From positions 130,572,001 to 130,636,000 of the forward strand of contig NC_135879.1 of NCBI RefSeq assembly GCF_964194155.1: DNA of 64,000 nucleotides. The letters are read 5' to 3'. This DNA is from Cetorhinus maximus (lineage: Eukaryota). The translations under genes and the position numbers were made by a program. Positions 26,011 to 38,569 of this stretch are shown here, piece after piece. How positions within the stretch are numbered: the first letter of the stretch is position 1; every line of letters begins with the position of its first letter. The notes under the pieces were generated by a model. That model was not told the DNA's origin and ran no database searches. It worked only from the letters and a program-made list of their open reading frames with translations.

Positions 26011-27162
26011 GTCCCATTAGTATTCCTATATAGTGGGCACAAATGCCAATGTGGGCACATCTTCCGATGCCAGAGGAGGGGGGAGTAAATGTGGTGCTGC
26101 ATAACCCCAGCACCTATTGCACCCATAAGTGCTGGCAAACAGTTGCTTTGATAGTTGACCTGAAGGATTTCAAGGGCAGAACCCAATTGGCTCCAGTTCC
26201 ACACCTTTAGCTGACCAGGCCTGGTTCGTCCGATGTTGAGGTGTCTGGCTGGTAGGGGGGCTGAGATCGAGGAAACTTCAGTCATGGGAATTCCCTCTCC
26301 TTGGACCAGTCATCTCTGACATCATGCACAATGTTTAGGAAACAGATTCCATCAATCCCAAATCTCATCGGAAATTCTGGGCTGGTGTCTGCATTTTCTG
26401 GTTCCCATCTGAATTCCCTGAGGGTGCGCAGACTCCCAACCAACTTATGTTGAGATACACCTCTGGTGCTACATGAATTCATCCTAATATCCCTTTCCTT
26501 TGATGAGTCCCATTTCCCTCTTTGAATGCCATCCATTTCCCTCTCCTTTAATTATCATCAATTAAGCTCTTTCCCTCCCTGCTTCTTTTTCTCCATCCCT
26601 TTCCTTTACTGCTACCTACTCTGTCTATCACCCAATCCCCACTCTCAATATCACTCACTCACTATCATCAGCTGCCCACTCTCACTATCACTCACTCACT
26701 ATTACCCATTCCACATTTCTAATTCTATCATCTACACTTTTACAGTTTCCCACTCTAGCTATCATCCAATTCCCACTTTCTCTACTGTCCACTGCTTACT
26801 CAGATTTTAATGTGAACTGTTCCAATCAACAAAGGAAATAGGTGGAAGTTGGAAGCTTTTCTGAGTAGCAGAAAATTGGAGCTTCAGTAACTCTGTTGCA
26901 CTTCCTAAAATGAGCACAATTAAAGATCCTTCAGGAAAAAAATGTGATAAAATAAAAGCTGTGATTGTCCCCTGTTGCTCCTCAGTGGCTTAACTGATTA
27001 CAGCTGCGGGGAGAGGAGTTATTCAGACTGGGAATATCTCGGATGGTAGATGGGATCCTATAGCTGATCTCAGTGCCTCTGGGTTAGGGAGTGAAGATTG
27101 GCCAATGTCCCAATCCTGTACATTAACTGGCTGCTATAAGTGCATATATTTAAGTTCTATAA

Positions 27163-27475
27163 GACCATAAGACGTAGGAGCAAAAGTAGGCCATTCAGCC
27201 CATTGAGTCTGCTCCACCATTCAATGAGATCATGGCTGAGCTGGTAACCCTCAACTCCACTTTCCTGCCTTTTTCCCATAACCCTTGATTCCCTTACTGA
27301 TTAAAAATCTGTCTATCTCAGCCTTGAATATACTTAACAAACCAGCGTCTACAGCCCTCTGCGGTAAAGAATTCCACCCTCTGAGAGAAGAAATTCCTCC
27401 TCATCTCTGTTTTAAATGGGTGATCCCTTACACTGAGATTATGCCCCCTGGTCCTAGGCTCTCCCATAACCTCTC
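27163..27475 (-). mobile_element. CR1 3' end
   Basis: cataagac tail repeats and gtaggccattcagccc 3' UTR. Confidence 0.8.
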
Positions 27476-27826
27476 AGCTGGATGAGGGCAGGATCATGTT
27501 AAGTTGGATTGCATCCTGTGGTTGAATAGTTCACCAACACTTACTATCACACATGAATAGATTCCATTTGTACAAGGTACCAGAGGATGACTGGCACTCC
27601 CCGGAAATATACTCCAGAAGAGAATCAATACTTTCACATGGGCAGAAAATGAGAAAAAAAATAGAAGCAAAATAGAAAACTGCCCTTTCACGTACTTGTA
27701 CGGAATGAAAACTGGTTAATGTGAGACAAATAGACAATAATGTGACAAAAAAGGCTTGTTTATAAAAAAGTCAATATCTCCTAATGCCTTTTGATCATTA
27801 ATTTGTTCTGTTTTCATTCTGGCTAG

Positions 27827-28095
27827 CTATCCGTTTTGATGGAGTCAACGTGTTTGGATACACTGCCTGGTCTCTGCTGGATGGCTTTGAATGGCAGTTT
27901 AAATATGGTATTAGAAAGGGTTTGTTTTATGTGGATTTCAGCAGTAAGAACAAGTCCAGGATTGCAAAATCCTCTGCATTCTTCTATAAACAGATTATAG
28001 AACAAAATGGTTTTCCGGTGACTGAGATTAGCCAGATGGTGAATGGACAGTTTCCATGTAACTTCTCCTGGGGAATTGCTGAAACAGTGCTGCAG
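27827..28095 (+). CDS. KLB: Beta-klotho coding exon 3
   Basis: Acceptor ctggctag|CT; (A)[53 protein letters not shown]; donor CAG|GTAAG. Confidence 0.95.
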
Positions 28096-28267
28096 GTAAG
28101 ACATCTCTGTCTGAATTACATGGATCATTTTCAACTTCGAGTTGCATGGCATGGATCCTTTCTCATTGAAATTTTGAAATCAGAAAATTACACATTTGTT
28201 AGCTACAATGTGAAAGTAGTACACCCAAAACTGGAAGCCTCCTTCTTACTTTTTTCTTTGGTTTCAG

Positions 28268-29447
28268 GTAAACAATGTGTTTTTGTCTCCTGAATTTGTT
28301 GACAACAATCTTTACATTTGGAACTGTAGTGGAGATCAGAAACTATACAAAGTCAATGGAGTGACTATGTCGCCTCATCCACTTAAGTGCACTGATTTCA
28401 GCAACTTCAAGCAACATGTAGCATTGGTGAGGAAGATGAATGTGACTCACTACAGCTTCGCCTTCAGGTGGACCCAGATCCTACCCCATGTCAGTCTGTC
28501 CAGTGTAAACAGAAGCATTCTAATTTATTACCGATGTATTATCAGTGAATTATTAAAACTAAATATTACCAGCACCATCACTTTGTATCACCCAACATCC
28601 AGTGATATTGACTTACCTGCACTACTGCTGAAGAAGGGAGGGTGGCTCAGTAGACAGACTGCTGTTGCTTTCAATGAATATGCAAAATTATGCTTTCAAG
28701 AATTTGGTGATTTGGTCAAATTGTGGCTCACTATGAATGAACCAAACATAAACGTTCAGACAAGTCGCGACACCTACAAGGCAGCACATAACATGATCAT
28801 TGCTCATGCCTTGGCCTGGCATACTTATAATAGAGACTACAGAAATAAGTACCATGGTCTTGTGTCTCTGACATTGCGTGCTGACTGGGCAGAACAAGCA
28901 AATCCCTTCCTGGAATCCGACAAGAGAGCTGCTGAGAGGCTCCTGCAATTCCAAATAGCCTGGTTTGCAGATGCCATTTTCAAGACTGGAGATTATCCAC
29001 ATAAGATGAGGGAATATATCCACTGTAAAAATATAAAAGGTCTCTCCAGTTCCTTCTTACCATATTTCACTGAGGAAGAAACACAGATGATTAAAGGAAC
29101 TGCTGATTTCTTTGCTATCAGTCACTTTACCACAAGGCTCATCTTTCACAAACCCAAAAATGGAACCAAGTATGAAATGGATCATGATGGGAGTTTGCTG
29201 AGAGATGTAACATTGCTGACATTCCCATCCCCCTCCCATTCCTTCTTTCCTTTTCTCTCTCACCGCCAAACTCATTCTGAGATGGCAGTTGCACCACGGG
29301 GGATACGTAAAGTCCTACAGTGGATCAAATCTCGCTATGGAAATATGGACATTTATATCATGGCAAATGGAGTTTGGGACATTTCTACCATCAGTGATGA
29401 ACTTCGAATATATTATCATAAAAATTATATTAATGAGGTTTTGAAAG
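28268..29447 (+). CDS. KLB: Beta-klotho coding exon 4 (KL2)
   Basis: Acceptor gtttcag|GTA; [24 protein letters not shown] (Glu kept), [15 protein letters not shown] (nucleophile Glu absent, as in Klotho KL2); donor AAAG|GTGAG (phase 1). Confidence 0.95.
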
Positions 29448-30109
29448 GTGAGTCTTAGTATTTATATACATAGGAGAAACATAATGAATACTTGTGACAC
29501 CTGGTTTATATCTCATAGGCAGCTGACATGATAACTCACAACTGACAAAGTTTATCCTATTTATGCCAATAGTTAAAAATTAGATTAAATAAAGTAGATA
29601 TTCAGAGCGTCCCCAGTAGCTTGGTTCCTGGAGTGGTCCAAGCCATGTAACCCAGGGGCACTCTGAAGTCAACTGAACTCATCTATGATTGGCTTCAGCT
29701 AGCAGGGGTAAAGACCAGCCAGAGTTCCTATTCATGATTGTATCCAGGACTCCTGCTAGAAAACATGAATATCTGGATATTGGGTGACGATGGGCTCAGC
29801 TGTGATGTTCCTTATGGTTAATACAGTATGAATCCACATTTGATGAAGTATGGAGGATATCATATTCTTGGTATTGTTTGACAAATACAAAACATATGAG
29901 TCTGCAAATCAAGGAATGTAAAACAGGAGCTTTATTTGAACACATTTTACTGTTATCTTCCACAAGGCTGCATGAGAGAGAATCATGTGATGTTGCATTA
30001 CTTCCTGTGGGGATATACACAGTATCTGATCAGTATATTAAATAGTAAGAATTAACCCATTATTCTACATCTTCCCCAAGTCTCTGATTTCCATTTCTAT
30101 ATTGCAAAG

Positions 30110-30915
30110 TGTTACGACACAGCAGTTGGTAAAGGCTGAGTTATTTAAAACCCTAGAGGAAAACTTTAAACAACTGTCATAACCTATATTTTCAATTGCT
30201 ATGTTTGAGATGCAGCTCTGAATTTGGAAATGAAACCACCAAGCCTCCAGAGGTTTTTTATGTAAATTAAACTAAACATTTATTAATTTTAATAAGAAAT
30301 TAAACACATACACGCCTACAAATTACTACCATAATAACTTTTAAACAAATCCAAAAATTAATCACTCCCAGGTAATCTTCCCCAAGGCAACAATAACCCA
30401 TAGACTTAAACAGACACCAGGCAAAGCACATTTTATCTTACAAATTCAAAATGAGGTCCCTTTCAATTTGTTCCTTCGCAGACACAGTGGTAGGCTTACA
30501 GGCTTAGATCTTATATGCCTCTAACTTCCACACACAAAACTCTTCTGTATACACCTAACTTTCCCTTTGAATGTAAATTCTCATTGTATCACCAGGCCCT
30601 TTGAACTCCACCTCTTCTAACAATAAAACCCCTTTCATAGCACCAATTTTATTAGTAATATAAACATATTGCTTGGTGTTTCCTAGCTAGGTGCAAGATT
30701 TCACCCCCAGTCTTTGAATGGTTTATTCAACAAAATGCAAATGTCCCCTTTACCTTACTGTTTAACATCTCAAAACTACTATACATCAAAGCACCCAGGC
30801 TATCTGGCTTTAATCCAATTAAGACATACATACACACCCACAGACACAGACCCTACTACAAGTCCAATTTAAAATAATTTCCAATAACGTTATACACATT
30901 AATACCTTCATGACA
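30110..30915 (-). mobile_element. Solo LTR (806 bp) nested in the Gypsy element
   Basis: TGTTACGA ... TCATGACA termini; perfect 5-bp TSD CAAAG (30105-30109 and 30916-30920); minus-strand AATAAA at 30279-30284. Confidence 0.85.
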
Positions 30916-32869
30916 CAAAGATCAAACAAACAACAATGTTGAACTCTGGTGTGTTGCAGTCTCGTGTGTTTCTTCTCTTATGTCTGCTTATTTCCTCCCT
31001 TCTTCTTATAAAGACAACTGCTGTTGTGGTTTCACAAGTCTACCAGAATAGCTCTCTTCTCTGGAGGGGCTGGGGGATTTTTGAGTCCTACAGGTCATCC
31101 TTCAGACTCTGCTGGGCAGGAGAGGATTTGGTAGATGACTCAGGTTCACCAGTCAGGTTGTCACCTGGATTGGTGGATGAATGCAGCATCTCTGGCTGGT
31201 TAGATTGGGTAGATTAATGCTTCCACAGGGTAGGAGGCAGCTTCTATATGGCAACCAGTGCAGGTCTGTTCCATCTCACTGTACTGTGCTGCGTTTTGGA
31301 TGAGGTAGGACCATGGATGTGGCGTTTATTTAACCACTTGTTCCTAGTGAGCTTGGCCTCAGGTCCAAACTGGCACTCCTGGTTGGAGGTCTGGCAGGTT
31401 TTGTATCTTATGATGTTTGTCATTGTTTCACTGGCTGGAATGATATTTGTCCTCTTTCTCTCACATTGTCCAAGTCATCAGCTGGTACACCCTGCATGAG
31501 TGTGTGTCGCAGAGTAGGGAATTAAGTTCTCAGTCTTCTTCCTATCAGAAGTTAATGCGGTGTTAAACCATTTTGGAATGGGGTTGAACAATAGCTCAGA
31601 AATGTAAGTTGGATGTCATTGTTCTTCTTTAGCAATGTGTTCACAGTATGCACTCATCTTTCAGTTTCACCATTGGCTTGAGGTATCTTGGTGATCTAGT
31701 AGTATGGACAAATCCATACAATGCTGTGAACTCTTTAAAGTATTCATTGGCAATCTGTGGTCCATTGCCTGAGATTACAATGTCTGGGATTCCATGTGTT
31801 GCAAGTATCTCCTTCAGCGATGTAATTACTGCTTCAGAAATATGACTCTGTAGTTGTTTGACTTCTATCCAGCTGGAGCAGTAGTCTACTGTGATCATGA
31901 ACATCTTATCTTTGTGTTTGAAGAGTCCATCCCAAGATGTTCCCATGGTCTTGATGGGAAAGAAGATGACATCAATGCTTCTCTTGTCTCCTAATGATGA
32001 ATAGCACAAGTAATACAGTTTGATATCATCTCATCCAATGATTTTGAGATAGAAATCTTGCTCTGGCTCGACATTTTGTGATTCCCAAATGTCCTAGGTG
32101 CAATTGTTGTAGTATGTCAAGTCTCAGAACTCTCAGACCAATCTCTTGTCATGGATGAATAAATCATCAACCATACTGGGGTGTCCTCACTGTTCATGGT
32201 ACACTCTGAAAATGGGATTGTGTGGCATGTATGCTGGCATCCTTGACACAGTACTCTCCAACCTGAACACACTCTTCATCAGAATTCTGTGCATCTCTGA
32301 TTTCAGTCAGTGGCTGAGTTGTTGCTGGTAGAGTTGTGATTGTTGTCAATGCAAATATTCTACCTCTTCAACAAGGGCTACATCACTTTGTTAGTGCCTT
32401 GCCACTGGGATTTGGGACAAAGCATCTGCTGTATTCTGCTGCTTTCCCGAAACATACTCTGTCTTTGCATCAAACCTCATCATCCTCTTTCTGAACCATT
32501 GTATTCTTGAAGGCATTTTTGCTAACTCCTTAGAATTTAAGAGTGTCACTAAGGGTTTGTGGTCTGTCTCTCTCTTGGAGTGGAGACTAAGAACATAACC
32601 TGCAAACTTATCGCAAGCCTACATAGCAGCTAGCACTTATTTCTCTATCACTGCAAATCTCTGTTCAGTCTCTGTCAGTGAATGGGATGCATAGTAAACT
32701 GGTCTGCACTTCCCATCTGTCTGTATCTGAATGAGTACAGTTCCCAGTCCGGTAGAAGGTGTACCTGCAGCAATGACAGTGGGTAGCTCTGGGGTATAGA
32801 GAGCTGAAATATCAGGCGATACCAACATCTCTTTGATCTTCTCATAATAGCTCTGTTGTGCTTCCTCCC

Positions 32870-33121
32870 AGCACCATGTTGGAAGTTCCCCTCCAAGCCA
32901 CTCACCGCCCTGACTTGGAAATATATCGCTGTTCCTTCACTGTCGCTGGGTCAAAATCCTGGAGTTCCATTCCTAACAGCACTGTGGGTGTACCTACACC
33001 ACATGGACTGCAGCGGTTCAAGAAGGCAGTTCATCACCACCTTCTCAAGGGCAATTAGGGATGGGCAATAAATGCTGGCCCAGCCAGCGACACCCACATC
33101 CTGTGAATGAATAAAAATAAA
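32870..33121 (+). mobile_element. RTE/RTEX-like LINE 3' end inserted in Gypsy pol
   Basis: HGLQRFKKAVHHHLLKGN* followed by the shared tail gaatgaataaaaa. Confidence 0.9.
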
Positions 33122-36100
33122 GTATTGTCTTGTTGGTGTGGTGGCTCATTGAAAACAGCTAGATTGGGCAGTAGCTTTCTGACTTGGTTTACCATACCCA
33201 TGAATCTCTGGAGCTCATTCTGAGGAGCTGAAACTCTTTGATTGCTCTTGTCTTCTGTGGATCAACTCTGACACCAGATGCATCCACAATATGCCCAAGG
33301 AAGCCCTGTTTTCTCTAGGCATTGCAGCACAGCTTGCACCCTAGTGTAATGTTCTGTCTGAGTAGATCCATGGATCAGGACATCATCCATGTGACATATG
33401 ACTCCACCAGCCCTCGAGGATACTTGACATGGTCCTCAGGAGAGTTCTGATGCTGATGTAATGCCAAAGGATAGTTTGTTGAAACAAAACCTCCCAAACA
33501 GAGGAATGAAGGTTGTGAGCAACTTAGACTCTTCATCAAGGGGTAGTTGCCAAAAACCACTATTTGCATCTAGCTTTGTGAAGACTGAACTCTTTCCCAA
33601 TTTAGCTGAGCTCTCATCCACGGACAACAGAAGATAAACTTCATGTTAAACTGCTTTGTTCAGCTGTGTAAGATCTACATAAATTCTCATAGATCCATTG
33701 GATTTTTGCACCAGGACTATCCTTGAGCACCAGCTTATTGGTTCTGTCACAGGTGAAATAACCCCCTGCTTTAAAATAGTGTCATTTCCTTCTTTAGTTT
33801 TGCAAGACTGGATGAGGAACCTTTGTGGGTGTTAAAATAGGAGCACTTGCTTTATTTCTGAACGTAGAGTTATGTGGTATGCAGTCTTCAGCTTTTCTAG
33901 TCCTGTGAACAGCAGTGGGAATTCAGCTCTGAAGTTTTGGGACTGATCTTCTTGGTTTTTCAGCTTCCCTACTCTGCAAATTAGATGCAAGTCAGTACAG
34001 GCTTTCCTGCTCAAAAGTGAGCAACTCTGATTCTGAATCACATACACCGTTTCCTTGAATGGACGGTTGCGCTCAATTCTTCTGTGAGCCTGAGATCTAT
34101 CCCTCCCAGCCCATATAGGTTTTTGCATGATGGCTGAAGAGAGTTTCTCTACAACCATAGTTCAGCTTCAGTAAGAACCAAATCTGCTACATTTGTATCT
34201 AACTTAAAGCACGTCTTGTTTCCCTCTATAGGATATCACACTCTAGTAGCTTCCGCTTGATTCCTGGATGTCTCCAAGGAAAGGCACTTCAGTAAAATGG
34301 ATATCATCTACTTTATGGATCTTGCTACCTTTTGAAGACTTGCCTTTGTGTGTATTGTGTGTGTAACAGGAAGGCTTCTTGCCACAGCACAGAGCCTGGA
34401 AGTGACCAATCTTTATGCATAAATGGCATTCAGTCTCTTTAGCAGGGCAGTTTTCATGCCTGTGTTTTTCCCTGCCAATTAGTTAATCTGCTGATGGACC
34501 CTCTTCCTCTCTCCCCTAATTTTTTACAACAGCTTCTCTGTTTTTAAATTTGGCATACTCTACTGAGTCAGCTGCTTTTGAGATAGGGCTCCCCCGCCAC
34601 CTCGAATCACAGCTCGATTTTGCTTCCCTACCTCAGCTTGTTGCTCAATTGGATTGCCTTTGCTAAAGTTAGATCATCTTTGACTGCAAGTGGTCAGACA
34701 AGGCATCATCCAACACTCCCACAATTCTGTCTCTGATCAGCTCATCTTTTAAGGTGCCATACCCACAGTTCTCTGCAAGTCTATACAGATTGTTTATAAA
34801 TGCATCAATACTTTCCTCTTGTTGTTGAGTATGTTTGTTACATTTAGCCTGCTCAGCAATAGTATTCTTTCTCAGATTGAAGTATGTATCAAGAGCTTTG
34901 ATTACTTCATTATACGTGCCTTTTTCCTCATTGATACCCTGCCTGATGAGGATATCATCTGTGCAACCACCCATCACATATAATAGCATACTGACCTGCT
35001 AGTGGCTTACCTTCACAGCGAGGCTGAATAAGGTTTGATATCTAGCAAACCTCTGATACCAATTCAGCCATGCATCTGCTTGGTTGGGGCCTGTGACTTT
35101 CTAGAAGTTTTCTTGTAATGGTGGAGAATTTTTCATAGCTGTTCTTTCATGCGCTGCCACCACATGATATTCTTGATATTGTCAAATTAATACAGAACAT
35201 ATATTGAGTCTGCAGAGGTATATAAAACAGGAACTTAATTTGAACATATCTTACTGTTGGCTACATCTGACACGAGGCTAAATGAGAGAAAGAATCATGT
35301 GATGTTGCATCACTTCCTGTGATGTACACAATATCTGATCAGCATATTAAACAGTTAGAGTTAACTCATTACAGAACAGAGGGCAGTGGTCACATACAGA
35401 ACTATACACAGCAAGAACTGGGAGAGTGAAAAAAAGGCAAAAACGCGGGAAAAGTAATTGCATAAAGTGAAATCATTCAGGTAGATGTAGAAAATTTGGG
35501 GTTAATGGTTCAATGTACTGCTCCGTGTTTGGTTTCAGTGCAGCTGAGCCAGTGCAAACGATAAGTCATCTATTGCTTGTGCAATCTGAGTTTAAAATAC
35601 TTAGATTTTGATTTTCTCCTCAAATTAATTGTCAAAGAAAAAATTTGTTCCATAATTGCAAAGTGAATATATCACAGAAACTGACGGTGTGGCATTGAAC
35701 CACACAGAGCAGGTAGATCCTACAGCCCATCCTTGATCTATGCTGAGTCAGTAAGCAGAGGAGGGAAAACTAGGGCAGAATTCCCTTTCCTAATTATTAG
35801 CCATTAATTCCTACAGGAAGCAACCATGTTTGGAGAGTGAATGAAGGCATGGGCTCTGAAGTAATTCCCCCTTCCTCCATGGTAAAATGATGGGTTGACT
35901 TGCGCTGCAGAGAATTTTATTCTAGTCTTCAGAACAATGATTGTCAGCAGGCTAGTCCACTGCAAAGACCATCACTACCAAGTCCAATCCTGTCCTCACC
36001 CGAAATCCACACTAACACTTCTTTCCAGAATCGGTCACTGGACGACAATCAGGAGTTGAAGCCATGCTTGATTTTCTTACCCTGACTCAGGGACTTTGAG

Positions 36101-36567
36101 GCTGATTCCAATGTTTCCACCACTGGTCTTGCTGGGATCAACAAACCCAATGCTGACTAGGAGTCAAACCTGAGCTTTCCTGGTCTCAATGGCTCAGTAT
36201 CACACAAAGCAGGGCATTTACCAACAAGCTTCAATGATAGCAGAAATGGAGTTTTAAATAAACTTTGTTAATATCTTCCTCATACATTGATTTCCAATTC
36301 TTGGCCAACTTTTGGTGGGGAGTAGGGAGGATGGGAGCCCTTCTGTCTGAAGATGAAGGAAAGAAAGGAAGAAGCGGAAGGCAAGTCAACCTAGTACTAC
36401 ATTTGCAAACTGTGTAGAGCCCGTTACAGACTGGAGTTAATAGAAAGCTGCAGCACTGAGCTACCCATGCTATCAGGGAATAATGTATGTGTTGGAGAGA
36501 AAAATAATTTTGAAATGTGAGAATATAACTTACTTTTTAAGAAATAAATATTCATTTCTGTCCACAG

Positions 36568-36899
36568 CACACCTACTAGACCAAGTCAACGTCAGAGGAT
36601 ACTATGCCTTGGAGTTAAAGCATACAAATACAAATGAGCTGTCACTGAGATTGCTCAATGTTTCTGAGCCAAAGACTTCAGTAGAGTTTTACAATAAACT
36701 TATCAGTGCCAATGGTTTTCCTTTAGGAATGTCAAGAAAACGATGTCCCATGGATGACAAACCAAGGCACTGCCCCATGTGTGTACTTATAAAAGAGGAA
36801 AAAATATTTATATTCTTTGGATTCTGTCTTCTGCTCACCACTGCACTGCTCACTGCAATCATTTTCATACACAAGAAAAAGCAAAGAAAACCATACTGA
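36568..36899 (+). CDS. KLB: Beta-klotho coding exon 5 (KL2 end, TM helix, short tail)
   Basis: Acceptor tccacag|CA; (A)HLLDQVNVRGYYA..FYNKLISANGFP..C..C..IFIFFGFCLLLTTALLTAIIFI HKKKQRKPY*. Confidence 0.92.
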
Positions 36900-38569
36900 G
36901 TCAAATACCTACAACTTCACAAAGGGCTGCCTGAAGTCTTGATGCTCCAGCTCATATCATTGTGTGCATGGCCTGTACATTTAGCTGCTTAGATACCATT
37001 TTTCATTACCAGATTTCCAATGCAAGAAAAGAAGGGAAATTACATCATTGTCACATATTTTCATAAAGAAAAGACCAGATTAAAAGATAAAGGAATGAGA
37101 TTTACCAATGTCAGTTGGTAGATTTCAGTTTTGTTTTGTTTCTGAGGTCAATGGGACATGAACGGCTGTTATATTCATATGAAGCAAACATCATAACTAT
37201 ATTAGATGATCAGAAGACAAGTGAAGATCATCTGATTTATCCAGCCCAGCAGTTGAGACAGCTGAAGGCTCAGCTTCATCCTAAATGATATGAGATTCAC
37301 TTGTAGAGCTGGTTGTCATCTGAAATCATTCACCTTACTTTGGAGAATTGTTAGTTATTTTTTCCAGATCTTTGAGGTGGAATGTCAGTAAGAAACACAT
37401 ATTAGTACATTTTCTTTTGTGTGTGAAGTTAAAGAGAAATTATTTTATTGGATTGATTGCTTCAATCAATAGGAATATTTTTACATACATGTGTACATCT
37501 TTATATCAGATTTTTCTGTATCCATAGAATGTAATTTTTTAAAACTTGTATACTATACTGTGGCTGATATATTTCTCCATATAAAGTAACATAATTTATT
37601 ATATTATTAAAAGTTCAGTGTAATATGTACATTATCATTGTTTTTTACATTATGTTTTTGACATCTTCCTTAATCTTTTTTAAGTCCATTTTCCCTCCTT
37701 TCCTAAAGGGATGTATTTCCATGGCCACTCTTACCTTACCTAAGAGACTATTTGGTCAGTTTCTAGTTAGCTAATCACAGCCCAGGTAAGAATGCACATG
37801 CTACAGTTGGTCTCAACATCTCTCAGCCAAGGAAAGTGCAATATGAGCCACAGTTTCTGCTCATGATCATGTGAGGAGAGAAAGGGACTTGGCTGTGATG
37901 CTCTACATGGGGAATAGCCGGCCATCACTGACTTTATAGGATCATTCATTGAGAATGGCCATATTACTTGTGGATACTAAAAACGTATATTTCAAAAAAT
38001 ATTTTTGCAAAGAAAAGATTTTGCATTCTTACTGCTCATTAAGAACACTTAAAGCTGCACTATACAGCAACTTCCTATACCTTCTGCCTCAAAAAAATTA
38101 AGAAAGAAAAATTTAAGAAGAGTTGCATTTTATTTTATTTCTTCCAAGGATGTGGACATTACTGGCAAGGCCAGCATTGGTGATCCACCCAGATAATCAA
38201 CATCCCTTGTGAATTAGCTGAAGATAGTTGGGCCTAGGACATTGCCCTGAGGAACTCCTGAAGTGATGTTCTGGGGCTAAGATGATTGGCCTCCAGCAAT
38301 CACAATACTGCTTCTTTGTGCCAGGTATGACGCCAATGTCTGGAGAGCATTGACTTCAGTTTTACTAGAGCTTCTTGGTGCCGCACTTACTCGAGTGCTG
38401 TCTGGGTGTCAGGGGCAGTCAGTCGTACCTGATCTCATGAATTCAGTTCTTTTGTCCATGTTTGGACCAGGACTGCAATGAAGTCTAGAGCCAAGTGAGT
38501 TGGCCAAGATAGATTGGGGGGCTTCATTAAAAGGCATGATGGTGGATAGACAATGGCTAATATTTAAGG

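Larger units (their letters stand above)
29860..35373 (-). mobile_element. Old near-full-length Gypsy LTR retrotransposon in KLB intron 4
   Basis: Diverged ~210 bp LTRs (29860-30069, 35165-35373); PBS TGGTGGCAGCG (revcomp 35152-35162, tRNA-Leu-like); gag (34669-34989), RT (KLDANSGFWQ), RNase H (VYYASHSLTETE) and integrase (HGIPDIVISGNGPQ) relics in Gypsy order. Confidence 0.9.

Noticed and set aside
7651-36899. Alpha-Klotho, lactase-like or an active beta-glucosidase
   Set aside because: Two GH1 domains each lack one catalytic Glu, KLB-like segments are present (FLYDTFP, LEYNNPRILIAENGW), and RPL9 is adjacent; all favour KLB.
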